64,000 nt of DNA from Octopus sinensis (Eukaryota). The notes beneath the pieces were generated by a model, which did not search any database, was not told where the DNA came from, and saw only the letters and a list, made by a program, of their open reading frames with translations. Both the position numbers and the translations under genes were made by a program. Each line of letters starts with the position of its first letter. Within the stretch, counting starts at the first letter, position 1. The stretch lies in assembly GCF_006345805.1 (NCBI RefSeq), contig NC_042999.1, positions 67,270,001 through 67,334,000 on the forward strand, written 5' to 3'. Shown one piece after another: positions 13,214-25,664 of this stretch.

Positions 13214-13632
13214 ACTTTTATTCCATCTTTCGAAATCAGCCAACACATTTATGAATTTATAGTTTGTAGATGAGAGACAGATATTCTCTGTATAGAATAC
13301 ACTTCGTAGTGTTCAAGAGGCCTAAATTTGAACAGATACAGGGGCAAATTGATATACAAAGAAGTATCAAATACATTAATTCAAAAAATGTACATATGTT
13401 TACATATAAAAAGGTCCGACTTAGAATAAAAATGATATCAAGAATTAAAGGGGTTGAATATGAATTTTACGAGTCCAACAGCAGTTTCTGAGAGATTGGT
13501 GGTCCAAAATAATGATTGTAAATTGATTCCATCATCGGGTAATGCCAGCCTCCGTCTTCAAGGAAGAAGTTTTACATTTGAAGTGTTGACAGAAAAGGGA
13601 TTAAAGCTGGATTAAAGATTAAAGATATGTAA

Positions 13633-13964
13633 GTGTCTTGGGCAAGTGTCTTCTACTATAGCTTCGGGCCAACCAAAGCTTTGTGAGTGAATTTGGTAGA
13701 CGGAAACTGAAAGAAGCCCGTCGTATATATGTATATATCTATGTATGTGTGTGTATATGTTTGTGTGTCTGTGTTTGTCCCCCTCCCCCCAACATCGCTT
13801 GACAACCGATGCTGGTGTGTTTACGTTCCCGTAACTTAGCGGTTCAGCAAAAGAGATCTATGGAATAAGTACAAGGCTTCAAAAGAAAAAGTCCTGGAGT
13901 CGATTTGCTCGACTAAAGGCGGTGCTCCAGTATGGACGCAGTCAAATGGCTGAAACAAGTAAAA
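13633..13964 (+). mobile_element. SINE family B, 5'-truncated
   Basis: ttgggcaagtgtcttctactatagc...gctgaaacaagtaaaa. Confidence 0.9.
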
Positions 13965-14285
13965 TAAATAAAAATAAAAAATAAATAAATATGTAGGTTT
14001 GTTTGTCCATAGATATATATTTCCCGCATTTAAAAAATAATTGCTCTTCATAAATTAGTAAACTTTTATTGAGTGCTGAATTTATGAGAAAAGGGAAAAT
14101 TCTACAATATGTGAGGAGAATTGAGTGCGGATAGACAATACCTCTAGAGCTCGAAAAACGATAAAAATGCATCAAATACAAACGTTAAAGTTGCTTAACA
14201 CATATAATGTATCCAGCCGTCAGCAGAAAAGCGTGTCATCCCAAAAGATGATGCAAAGGAGGTGGAGTTTGCAAATTTTAGCAAA

Positions 14286-14887
14286 CCTATTTCTTTACTG
14301 CCCACAAGGGGCTAAACACAGAGGGGACAAACAAGGACAGACAAACGGATTAAGTCGATTACATCGACCCCAGTGCGTGACTGCTACTTAATTTATCGAC
14401 CCCGAAAGAATGGAATGTAAAGTCGACCTCGGTGGAATTTGAACTCAGAACGTAACGGCAAACGAAATGATATTTCTTTACTACCCACAAGGGGCTAAAC
14501 ACAGAGGGGACAAACAAGGACTGACAAACGGATTAGGTCGATTACATTGACCCCAGTGCGTAACTGCTACTTAATTTATCGACCCCGAAAGGATGAAAAG
14601 TAAAGTCGACCTCGGCGGAATTTGAACTCAGAACGTAACGGCAGACGAAATACCTATTTCTTTATTACCCACAAGGGGCTAAACACAGAGGGGACAAACA
14701 AGGACTGACAAACGGATTAGGTCGATTACAGTGACCCCAGTGCGTAACTGCTACTTAATTTATCGACCCCGAAAGGGTGAAAAGTAAAGTCGACCTCGGC
14801 GGAATTTGAACTCAGAACGTAACGGCAGACGAAATACCGCTAAGCATTTCTCCCGGCGTGCTAACGATTCTACCAGCTCGCCGCCTT
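14286..14887 (-). mobile_element. SINE family A trimer (one head plus three ~183-bp cores)
   Basis: Cores start ~14286, ~14471 and ~14653; a single head ends at gccgcctt 14887. Confidence 0.92.
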
Positions 14888-15072
14888 ATTGTAGCAATTG
14901 GAAAACATTAACACCGAATATAAACTGATGCTCTCAGATGTTGGTGCAGTACTTATCTAATGTTTCCCATCCATCTTTCTCAGAGTTTAGCGCTGGGCAG
15001 CGTATCACGTGCATTTTCTTTGTAATTGAACGTAACTTTAACCACTTGGCGAGATAAAAGTAAAATGTAAAC

Positions 15073-15154
15073 CGACGAGGATGAGATTCGAACTCACGCG
15101 GGAAATTCCCAATGGATTAGCAGTCCATCGCCTTAACCACTCGGCCACCTCGTC
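15073..15154 (-). tRNA. trnS(GCT): tRNA-Ser(GCT), intact
   Basis: Identical to the 13121 copy (variable arm GGGAATTTCCC). Confidence 0.98.
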
Positions 15155-15916
15155 CTACTGCTGATACAGCAACATATTTATGATTTACTACTTAATTCAT
15201 CAAACTGATTCTGGAGAAATACTTTATCTGTGTTGGTAAAGAGTAACGCAGAAACAACAAAGAGTAGAATACATTTTTATGACGAAGCGAATATAAGAAG
15301 TTCAATGTTTCGGACAGACCCGTTCATCGGAAAGGAATAATTTGATTGTGATTGCTTTGTTGGGTATTTTTCCAATGATATAAATTTCTTTACTAGTTTC
15401 GATATCTAGAATTCTCAACATTTTCCTGCATTGAGGAAGGCTTAAATACCACACACTTGCGTTTACATCTTACATAACAGATGGTTGTACGAGAAAGCTT
15501 AATGTAATCGATCAACAGCGATGGGTACGTTCGTCATTGCAGGCATTACTGTGTGGTTAAGAAGTGAGCTTTGCAACCACCGTGCTTTGGGGTTTCGATC
15601 AACACAACGCAACAATTTTGGGCCAACGTCGTCTGTCATATCTTCAAATTGACGGATGCCTAGCAAGAGGAATTTGATAAACGGAAACTATGCAAAAGTA
15701 AAATTGTGTGTGTGTGTGTTTGTATGTTAAGCTATCTGTTATTTGCTCCGAATTAGAACAAATACTGAGAAACGGTAACTGGTTTGTTGGAAATCTGTGA
15801 CCATCACCATTACTTTTCACCAATTACAATTAATAAAAATAGTTATGACTGTAAGACATTGTTATAGATGCAATAAGGTTTCAACCGAACCACCGTGAGA
15901 TCAAATTCCGTATGAG

Positions 15917-16135
15917 AAGGCGGCGAGCTGGCAGAAACGTTAGCACGCCGGGCGAAATGCTTTGCGGTATTTCATCTGCCGTTACGTTCTGAGTTCAAAT
16001 TCCGCCGAGGTCAACTTTATCTTTCATCCTTTCGGGGTCGATTAAATAAGTACCAGTTACACACTGGGGTCGATATAATCGACTTAATCCGTTTGTCTGT
16101 CCTTGTTCGTCCCCTCTGTGGGTAGTAAAGAAATA
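15917..16135 (+). mobile_element. SINE family A monomer with TSD cgtatgag
   Basis: cgtatgag(aagg) at 15909 and 16136. Confidence 0.92.
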
Positions 16136-17609
16136 CGTATGAGAAGGACAACGTTCCAGGAATATCATTCTACAGACGATTTAGTTGGTTATTTTCTGGA
16201 CACAGCAGCAACACAAATCAACGAAACAAGCTTCCATCACGTCTTGCCTTGGTATTATCAACGCATGGATAAAATTCCCCTCAATATACAGCTAAAGTTC
16301 TCACAACACAGTTACAATTCTTCCAATATGGCTTAAATGCTCCCAACACATACCTTTAATCCCCTCAACACACAGCTAAAGTGTTCTGGACATTCACCTA
16401 AAACCTTCATCTCTTGACGAACTCGCTGAGAACTCCCCGAGACAAGTAAATCATTCCCAACTCACATATGATTTATTAAGCGTGTGTGTGTGATCCGAAG
16501 GAAATATATTTCGATTTTCAACGAATCGAATGAGTCCTCAGTTTTTATTAGTATAGTAAGTGCCCCTTTGGTGGCAAGGTGAATCGGACAGTACCCCTTC
16601 CTGAATTTTCCGTCGAGTTATTCAGCGGATGATGAAAATCCGTTTATATGACTGAATGTGTTTCTTTTACATTCCCTTTTACAAAATTGAAAATTGTAGC
16701 AAATTAGTTACATCAATAAGCAAGATGAACTAGAAAAACTCCTTCTATAATTCGTTCACTGTGACTGTGGGTTCAAGTCCAGCCATATGAACTTCATTCT
16801 CAAATGAAAACAAAGATATCATACAGCATATTAAAACTTGTTAAAGATTTACCAACAAAGTTGTACAGTCATCCTTCATTTTGAAGTGTTTACTTCTTGA
16901 TATAATGTAAAAAAATAACAGGTAACAACTCGCGAAATAAAAGAGGTGAAAAGTGTATACCAAGGACTATAGCCCTCAGAAATGATTTCTCCTAAGGCTA
17001 CACATTCAATACTAACTCTGTGGGAAGTTACACTGTTTAAAGAAACCAATATTCTAAACAAAGTACAATTCATAAAGAAATTATATATTTTATGGTTCTT
17101 TGTAAATTTCCAGCATCTTACAGCTATCAAAATAACCGAGGAATTTTCATAGGTACAAGCGATGGACAGTAGACTGGCGAACGAAAAGCAAAAGAAAGTC
17201 AGGTTTCAGAATTACGAATTGCATATGGCCGAGAGTCAATTACGGAAGATATTGACACAAGTAAGAACGGAAGGAAAAAAGCTGTGACAGTGGTGATGTC
17301 GTATAAATGAAACTACAAGGAAATAGAAAATGAATAAAAAGATTGTGCTGCCCCCGTGAGAGATGTTTTTACTTTTTCAGCAGAGTTCCAACTCTTTGAT
17401 TACACGTTTACATTTCTTAGAATCATTAAACCTTTTTGCAACAACCAGCACTTGGTATAGTCCGAAAGGATGTTTAGCAGATCACGTGACAAAACTCAGA
17501 CTCAGAAGCACCGATGTTGGCTCAATGCTTATCTAATGAATTATATATAATTTTGCATAAAATGCAACATTGCATTTGCATTGAATTAAAGATAAAAAGA
17601 AAAATAATC

Positions 17610-17691
17610 CGACGAAGATGAGATTCGAACTCACGCGGGAAAATCCCAGTGGATTAGCAGTCCACCGCCTTAACCACTCGGCCACTTCGTC
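17610..17691 (-). tRNA. trnS(GCT): tRNA-Ser(GCT) isodecoder with compensatory changes
   Basis: Acceptor stem GACGAAG/CTTCGTC, anticodon stem GTGGA/TCCAC, variable arm GGGATTTTCCC. Confidence 0.97.
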
Positions 17692-18176
17692 AGCCATGCT
17701 AGCAACAAGCGTAATAGAAATTTATTGTTTAACATCTGAAATTGTAGTCTCTGAGAAATTCAATATATTATTCTTTCACTCGTTCCGGTCCTTGCATTGC
17801 AGCCATTTTGGGACACGGCCTTGCAGGGATTAACCGAACAAATGGACCCTAAGATTTATATTTTTAAGAATGGTATAAATTCTATCGGTCATTTTTGCCG
17901 AACTGTTAAGTTACATGTAAGTAAACAAACCAGTACTTAATATATTAGCGATGAGGAGGGAGATACACATACACAGACGTTACCCTAATACTCAGCTAAA
18001 GACTGGAACCATTCCAGTGTTGGTGCAGGCTTCTCTCTCATCAGCTATCACGTCCTCGATATTTCGCTGAGTGAAAGGGTTGGAAGGACACTGAGGATTT
18101 CTCAGTCTGCACGCAACTGTAAAGTCACCCAAACAAGTAGTGAAAGCATAGTAGATGGTGTTAGGTCATGACAGCA

Positions 18177-18227
<51 letters not shown>

Positions 18228-18232
<5 letters not shown>

Positions 18233-18312
18233 AAGCAACAAGTATATCCGAGGTATGTGGTACGATCGTTTCATGCTACCACATTACCTCGGATATACTT
18301 GTTGCTTATTTT
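18228..18312. other. Long near-perfect hairpin (~35-bp stem, ~14-nt loop)
   Basis: aaaataagcaacaagtatatccgaggta-tgtggta versus taccacattacctcggatatacttgttgcttatttt. Confidence 0.85.
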
Positions 18313-18410
18313 GATTGTAATCACCCCAAGGATTTATATGATAATACTATACAAAATTCTGGTGCCTTTGACTTAAGTACCATATTCATCTGAATCTAAA
18401 TTTTGCTGAA

Positions 18411-18447
<37 letters not shown>

Positions 18448-18839
18448 GAATTCCTCGCTCTTTCGGAAACATCAAACTTCTGTATTGACTGCTTTCCACC
18501 ACTCTGATCTGTTTTTTGTATTGAATACATATCGCCACCGTGGGCCACTGCATCGAACACTTTGAACATATAGCATGAATGAACTGACTTCAAAATATAT
18601 ATCAACTATACATGAACTCTAAGATGTCTGACTCCGTTGTGTATTATAAATGAATTTCTTGTGTTAGACGGCACGAGCTGTCTTTTTTTATATATAACTT
18701 TTTTTGATAAGGTTCATTTCAGGAACTGAAACATGTTATAATGTATATATAAAAATTAAAAATTGTATAATATAGCAGCATTTTCGAACTTCATTTTTTA
18801 CAAATATATACCTACTCGTATACGAGCTAATCCTATTAT

Positions 18840-18899
<60 letters not shown>

Positions 18900-19391
18900 C
18901 AAGATCCCAGTCGAACACTAGAATCAAAATAATCGGTCGACTTGTTCACCAAACAGTTGTAATCTGTAAACAAGACCAGATGCAAAGCTTCGTCTTATTG
19001 CAGTAATAAGTATTAGAAGATTCAGATTTTACGACAATAAACGTGATGAAAACTAAGACAGATGAACGTGTAGACACAAGACAACCAGGCTACGAAAGCG
19101 CGAATAGTGCATGGATGTGGGTAGTAAGAAAGATAGATATTCAGAAAGCACAGAAGGTAAAAAATAAAGCAGTGATGGCATGGAAGTGGAAACAAAATGA
19201 GTAATAGGACTGCAATATGAGTACGACATTAGTTTTCTGTCCAGTCCTAGGAGCTTCTGAAATGTTTTATAGAATTCCGTCTTGGAAAGCACAAGCAGAA
19301 ATACTGTCCATTCGGTCGTTGTTTATCTAATGAGAAAAATTTGATTAAATGTAACAATACTTGAGTATTGAATTAAAAATAAAGCACTGTT

Positions 19392-19473
19392 CGACGAGGA
19401 TGAGATTCGAACTCACGCGGGATAATCCCAATGGATTAGCAGTCCATCGCCTTAACCACTCGGCCACCTCGTC
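19392..19473 (-). tRNA. trnS(GCT): tRNA-Ser(GCT), intact
   Basis: Full cloverleaf, variable arm GGGATTATCCC. Confidence 0.97.
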
Positions 19474-20981
19474 AAGTTAGTAGCTGTTTCCTCCCATACT
19501 AGCAATTTATTATTAAATTCAAGAAACATTAGACTCTGAAGAAATTAGTTACAGAAAAAGTCGATAAAATGTCATACAACAAGCAGTCGAATAAGATTTT
19601 ATGCCGTAAGGAAAGATAAGTCCAAGTTTCGGACCAAACACTTTCATGGGGAAAATATATTTAGTTTGTGAAGGCATTATTTTGAATGATCTGAAGGCAT
19701 CTTTTGAATGATCTGAATTGACAAACTGGCTTCGTTACATACATTTTTTCAGCAATGTGTCATATTTGCTCGATCCGTGTCGATGTGGTAATTGTGGTGA
19801 TAATTTAATTCACCAACAATCTTATTATTTATTTTCTCTACACGTTTTGGCCAAATATGAAAGAGATAGATCACTTGTGTGATGAATTCGTAATGTAAAA
19901 TAGCTTTGATGTAAGAGGGTTATAATTTCATCTTTCTATAGTAGCCGTATCCTTCATTTAAGTTGAGAGAGTTTATTGAAGACAAGGAAAGATTTCTAAA
20001 GGGGTAGAATTAGTTTTGAGAAAGGTGACATTCGTTTAGAGAAGTATCTTAAGAATTTCAGCAGACGCTGTAGTTGGTTAATATTGGTAGGTGTTGAGTA
20101 ATCAATGAAGAAGTTGAAGCTTTTTGGATCAATTTTCAGAGAATTATTTTCCCTTTTATGATCTAACACAAGGATATTTATAAGACAATTTTTTTTTTTT
20201 AGTGCTTGTTCAATGTAAAGTTAAGACTCTTTGTAACTGAAATGGATTGAGCCATGTTCCCATCGCGTTCCTCTGTGATTTTGGTTTCAAATTTAGCACA
20301 ACGTCAGTAATTTCGAGGGAGAGGTTATGTCGATTACATCAACCCTAGTGATCAACTGGTATTTATTTTATCGATCTCAAAAGGATGAAAGGCAAAGTCG
20401 ACCTCGGAGGAATATGAACTCAGAGCCTGAAGACGGACAAAATGCCGCTGAGCATTTGGCCCAATGTGCTAACGATTCTGCAAACTCGCCGTTTTATGCT
20501 CCTCTGCAATTTTGCCAGCAACAATAATAACGTCGTCGAAATACGCATGAACTCCTGTGTTATGATTACCAGTAGTTATACTATCCATCACTTTGTCTAG
20601 TATGCTTACGGCATTAATTAAATGTGGAATAAACATCCGTCAGTTTGAAATTCAGTGTCATAGTGGTGTGGAATCTGTTGGTTATGATGTCTTATAATTT
20701 CTTGCAGGTAATAAAACGAGATATTGACTATTAAAAAGTGGATAGAAAGCAGTTGCGACTTATGGTTTGTGAATATTCGATAGCAGGTAGTGAGACGTCG
20801 TTGATTCGCATTATTTCTTACTCACACCATTCGTATTTTCTGGAAATAGGCTGAGAGTTCAATAATACCATAACCAAGATAGTTTTCCATAATCAAGATA
20901 CTGTTTAGTCTCTTCCCTTATAGACATTCTATCAAATGAATAAAAGTAACATGTTCTAGTAGTTTGTTTGATATATATATA

Positions 20982-21212
20982 TTTCTTTACTACCCACAAG
21001 AGGCTAAACACAGAGGGGACAAACAAGGACAGACAAAGGGATTAAGTCGATTACATTGACCCCAGTGCGTAACTGATACTTAATTTATCGACCCCGAAAG
21101 GATGAAAGGTAAAGTCGACCTCGGCAGAATTTGAACTCAGAACGTAACGGTAGACGAAATACCACTAACCATTTCTCCCGGCGTGCTAACGATTCTACCA
21201 GCTCGCCGCCTT
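20982..21212 (-). mobile_element. SINE family A, chimeric copy at the duplication junction
   Basis: Tail variants match the copy at 27170; head variants match the copy at 14653-14887. Confidence 0.85.
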
Positions 21213-21397
21213 ATTGTAGCAATTGGAAAACATTAACACTGAATATAAACTGATGCTCTCAGATGTTGGTGCAGTACTTATATAATGTTTCCCATCCATC
21301 TTTCTAAGAGTTTAGCGCGGGGGAGCATATCACGTGCATTGTCTTTGTAATTGAATGTAACTTTAACCACTTGGCGAGATAAAAGTAAAATGTAAAC

Positions 21398-21479
21398 CGA
21401 CGAGGATGAGATTCGAACTCACGCGGGAAATTCCCAATGGATTAGCAGTCCATCGCCTTAACCACTCGGCCACCTCTTC
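21398..21479 (-). tRNA. trnS(GCT): tRNA-Ser(GCT) with C3-to-A acceptor-stem mismatch
   Basis: Begins GAAGAGG; otherwise identical to the 15073 copy. Confidence 0.8.
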
Positions 21480-22237
21480 CTACTGCTGATACTGCAACAT
21501 ATTTATAATTTATTACTTAATTCATCCAACTGATTCTGGAGAAATACTTTATCTGCGTTGGTAAAGAGTAACACAGAAACAACAAAGAGTAGAATACATT
21601 TTTATGACGAAGCGAATATAAGAAGTTCAATGTTTCGGACAGACCCGTTCATCGGAAAGGAATAATTTGATTGTGATTGCTTTGTTGGGTATTTTCCCAA
21701 TGATATAAATTTCTTTGCTGGTTTCGGTATCTGGAATTCTCAACATTTTCCTGCGTTGAGGAAGGCTTAAATACCACACACTTGCGTTTACATCTTACAT
21801 AACAGATGGTTGTACGAGAAAGCTTAATGTAATCGATCAACAGCGATGGGTACGTTCGTCATTGCAGGCATGACTGTGTGGTTAAGAAGTGAGCTTTGCA
21901 ACCACCGTGCTTTGGGGTTTCGATCAACACAACGCAACAATTTTGGGCCAACGTCGTCTGTCATATCCTCAAATTGACGGATGCCTAGCAAGAGGAATTT
22001 GATAAACGGAAACTATGCAAAAGTAAAATTGTGTGTGTGTTTGTATGTAAAGCTATCTGTTATTTGCTCCGAATTAGAAGAAATGCTGAGAAACGGTAAC
22101 TGGTTCGTTGGAAATCTGTGACCATCACCATTACTTTTCACCATTAACAATTAATAAAAATAGTTATGACTGTAAGACATTGTCATAGATGCAATAAGGT
22201 TTCAACCGAACCACCATGAGATCAAATTCCGTATGAG

Positions 22238-22654
22238 AAGGCGGCGAGCTGGCAGAAACGTTAGCACGCCGGGCGAAATGCTTTGCGGTATTTCGTCTGC
22301 CGCTACGTTCTGAGTTCAAATTCCGCCGAGGTCAACTTTGCCTTTCATCCTTTCGGGGTCGATAAATTAAGAAGCAGTTACGCACTGGGGTCGATGTAGT
22401 CGACTTAATACCTATGTCTGTCCTTGTTTGTCCCCTCTATGCTTAGCCCCTTGTGGGTAATAAAGAAATAGGTATTTCGTCTGCCGCTACGTTCTGAGTT
22501 CAAATTCCGCCGAGGTCGACTTTGCCTTTCATCCTTTCGGGGTCGATTAAATAAGTACCAGTTACACACTGGGGTCGATATAATCGACTTAATACGTTTG
22601 ACTGTCCTTGTTTGTCCCCTCTGTGTTTAGCCCCTTGTGGGTAGTAAAGAAACA
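22238..22654 (+). mobile_element. SINE family A dimer inside TSD cgtatgag
   Basis: Head plus two cores; cgtatgag at 22230 and 22655. Confidence 0.92.
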
Positions 22655-24129
22655 CGTATGAGAAGGACAACGTTCCAGGAATATAATTCTACAGACGATT
22701 TAGTTGGTTATTTTCTGGACACAGCAGCAACACAAATCAACGAAACAGGCTTCCATCAGGTCTTGCCTTGGTATTATCAACGCATAGATAAAATTCCCCT
22801 TTAATATACAGCTAAAGTTCTCACAACACAGTTACAATTCTTCCAATATGGCTTAAATGCTCCCAACACATACCTTTAATCCCCTCAACACACAGCTAAA
22901 GTGTTCTGGACATTCACCTAAAACCTTCCTCTCTTCTCGAACTCGCTGAGAACTCTCCGAGACAAGTAAATCATTCCCAACTCACAGATGATATATTAAG
23001 CGTGTGTGTGTGATCCGAAGGAAATATATTTCGATTTTCAACGAATCGAATGAGTCCTCAGTTTTTATTAGTATAGTAAGTGCCCCTTTGGTGGCAAGGT
23101 GAATCGGACAGTACCCCTTCCTGAATTTTCCGTCGAGTTATTCAGCGGATGATGAAAATCAGTTTATATGACTGAATGTGTTTCTTTTACATTCCCTTTT
23201 ACAAAATTGAAAATTGTAGCAAATTAGTTAAATCAATAAGCAAAATGAAATAGAAAAACTCCTTCTATAATTCGTTCACTGTGACTGTGGGTTCAAGTCC
23301 AGCCATATGAACTTCATTCTCAAATGAAAACAAAGATATTATACAGCATATTAAAACTTGTTAAAGATTTACCAACAAAGTTGTACAGTCATCCTTCATT
23401 TTGAAGTGTTTACTTCTTGATATAATGTAAAAAAATAACAGGTAACAACTCGCGAAATAAAAGAGGTGAAAAGTGTATACCAAGGACTATAGCCCTCAGA
23501 AATGTTTTCTCCTAAGGCTACACATTCAATACTAACTCTGTGGGCAGTTACACTGTTTAAAGAAACCAATATTCTAAACAAAGTACAATTCAAAAAGAAA
23601 TTATATATTTTATGGTTCTTTGTAAATTTCCAGCATCTTACAGCTATCAAAATAACCGAGGAATTTTCATAGGTACAAGCGATGGACAGTAGACTGGCGA
23701 ACGAAAAGCAAAAGAAAGTCAGGTTTCAGAATTACGAATTGCATATGGCCGAGAGTCAATTACGGAAGATATTGACACAAGTAAGAACGGAAGGAAAAAA
23801 GCTGTGACAGTGGTGATGTCGTATAAATGAAACTACAAGGAAATAGAAAATGAATAAAAAGATTGTGCTGCCCCCGTGAGAGATGTTTTTACTTTTTCAG
23901 CAGAGTTCCAACTCTTTGATTACACGTTTACATTTCTTAGAATCATTAAACCTTTTTGCAACAACCAGCACTTGGTATAGTCCGAAAGGATGTTTAGCAG
24001 ATCACGTGACAAAACTCAGACTCAGAAGCACCGATGTTGGCTCAATGCTTATCTAATGAATTATATATAATTTTTCATTAAATGCAACATTGCATTTGCA
24101 TTGTATTAAAGATAAAAAGAAAAATAATC

Positions 24130-24211
24130 CGACGAAGATGAGATTCGAACTCACGCGGGAAAATCCCAGTGGATTAGCAGTCCACCGCCTTAACCACTCG
24201 GCCACTTCGTC
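24130..24211 (-). tRNA. trnS(GCT): tRNA-Ser(GCT) compensatory isodecoder, second copy
   Basis: Identical to 17610-17691. Confidence 0.97.
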
Positions 24212-24706
24212 AGCCATGCTAGCAACAAGCGTAATAGAAATTTATTGTTTAACATCTGAAATTGTAGTCTCAGAGAAATTCATTATATTATTCTTTCACT
24301 CGTTCCGGTCCTTGCATCGCAGCCATTTTTGGACACGGCCTTGCAGGGATTAACTGAACAAATGGACCCTAAGATTTATATTTTTAACATTGGAATAAAT
24401 TCTATCGGTCACTTTTGCCGAACTGTTGAGTTACATGTAAGTAAACAAACCAGTACTTAATATATTAGCAATGAGGAGGGAAATACACATACACAGACAT
24501 TTCCCTAATACTCAGCTTAAGACTGGTACCATTCCAGTGCTGATGCAGGCCTCTCTCTCATCAGCTATCACGTCCTCGATATTTCGCTGAGTGAGAGGGT
24601 TGGAAGGACCCTGAGGATTTCTCAGTCTGCTCGCAACTGTAAAGTCACCCCAACAAGTAGCGAAAGCATAGTAGATGATGTTAGGTTATGAGTATGAGAC
24701 TGATAG

Positions 24707-24798
<92 letters not shown>

Positions 24799-24804
24799 AT
24801 ATAT

Positions 24805-24896
24805 AATCAAATAAGCAACAAGTATATCCGAAGTAATGTGGTACGATCGTTTCATGCTACCACATTACCTCGGATTACTTGTTGCTTATTTTGATT
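24805..24896. other. Second copy of the long hairpin
   Basis: aatcaaataagcaacaag...cttgttgcttattttgatt. Confidence 0.85.
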
Positions 24897-24993
24897 GTAA
24901 TCGCCCCATGGATTTATATGGATAATACTCTACAAATTTCTGGTGCCTTTGACTTAAGTACCATATTCATCTGAATCTAAATTTTGCTGAACT

Positions 24994-25094
<101 letters not shown>

Positions 25095-25582
25095 CCCAGT
25101 AGAACACTAGAATCAAAATAATCGGTCGACTTGTTCGCCAAACAGTTGTAATCTGTAAACAAGACCAGATGCAAAGCTTCGTCTTATTGCAGTAATAAGT
25201 ATTAGAAGATTCAGATTTTACAACAATAAACGTGATGAAAAATAAGACAGATGAACGTGTAGACACAAGACAACCAGGCTACGAAAGCGCGAATAGTGCA
25301 TGGATGTGGGTAGTAAGAAAGATAGATATTCAGAAAGCACAGAAGGTAAAAAATAAAGCAGTGATGGCATGGAAGTGGAAAAAAAATGAGTAATAGGACT
25401 GCAATATGAGTACGACATTAGTTTTCTGTCCAGTCCTAGGAGCTTCTGAAATGGTTTATAGAATTCCGTCTTGGAAAGCACAAGCAGAAATACTGTCCAT
25501 TCGGTCGTTGTTTATCTAATGAGAAAAATTTGTTATTAAATGTAACAATACTTGAGTATTGAATTAAAAATAAAGCACTGTT

Positions 25583-25664
25583 CGACGAGGATGAGATTCG
25601 AACTCACGCGGGATAATCCCAATGGATTAGCAGTCCATCGCCTTAACCACTCGGCCACCTCGTC
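25583..25664 (-). tRNA. trnS(GCT): tRNA-Ser(GCT), intact
   Basis: Identical to 19392-19473. Confidence 0.97.

Larger units (their letters stand above)
12727..15540. repeat. Inverted duplication with arms ~12727-13225 and ~15050-15540, each containing a tRNA-Ser
   Basis: gtatttctccagaatcaatttgatg versus catcaaactgattctggagaaatac; acattaagct..aaccatctgtta versus taacagatggtt..agcttaatgt. Confidence 0.9.

Noticed and set aside
14286-14887. Tandem ~183-bp repeats (also 30757-31494) as a CRISPR array
   Set aside because: No unique spacers, the units are SINE cores, there are no cas genes and the context is eukaryotic.
16625-16656. C/D-box snoRNA (ATGATGA...CTGA), duplicated near 23150
   Set aside because: The boxes are only ~20 nt apart with no room for guides or C'/D' boxes.
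16876-17130. Duplicated 84-aa ORF (also 23396-23650) as a conserved peptide
   Set aside because: The conservation is explained by the recent 6.3 kb duplication.
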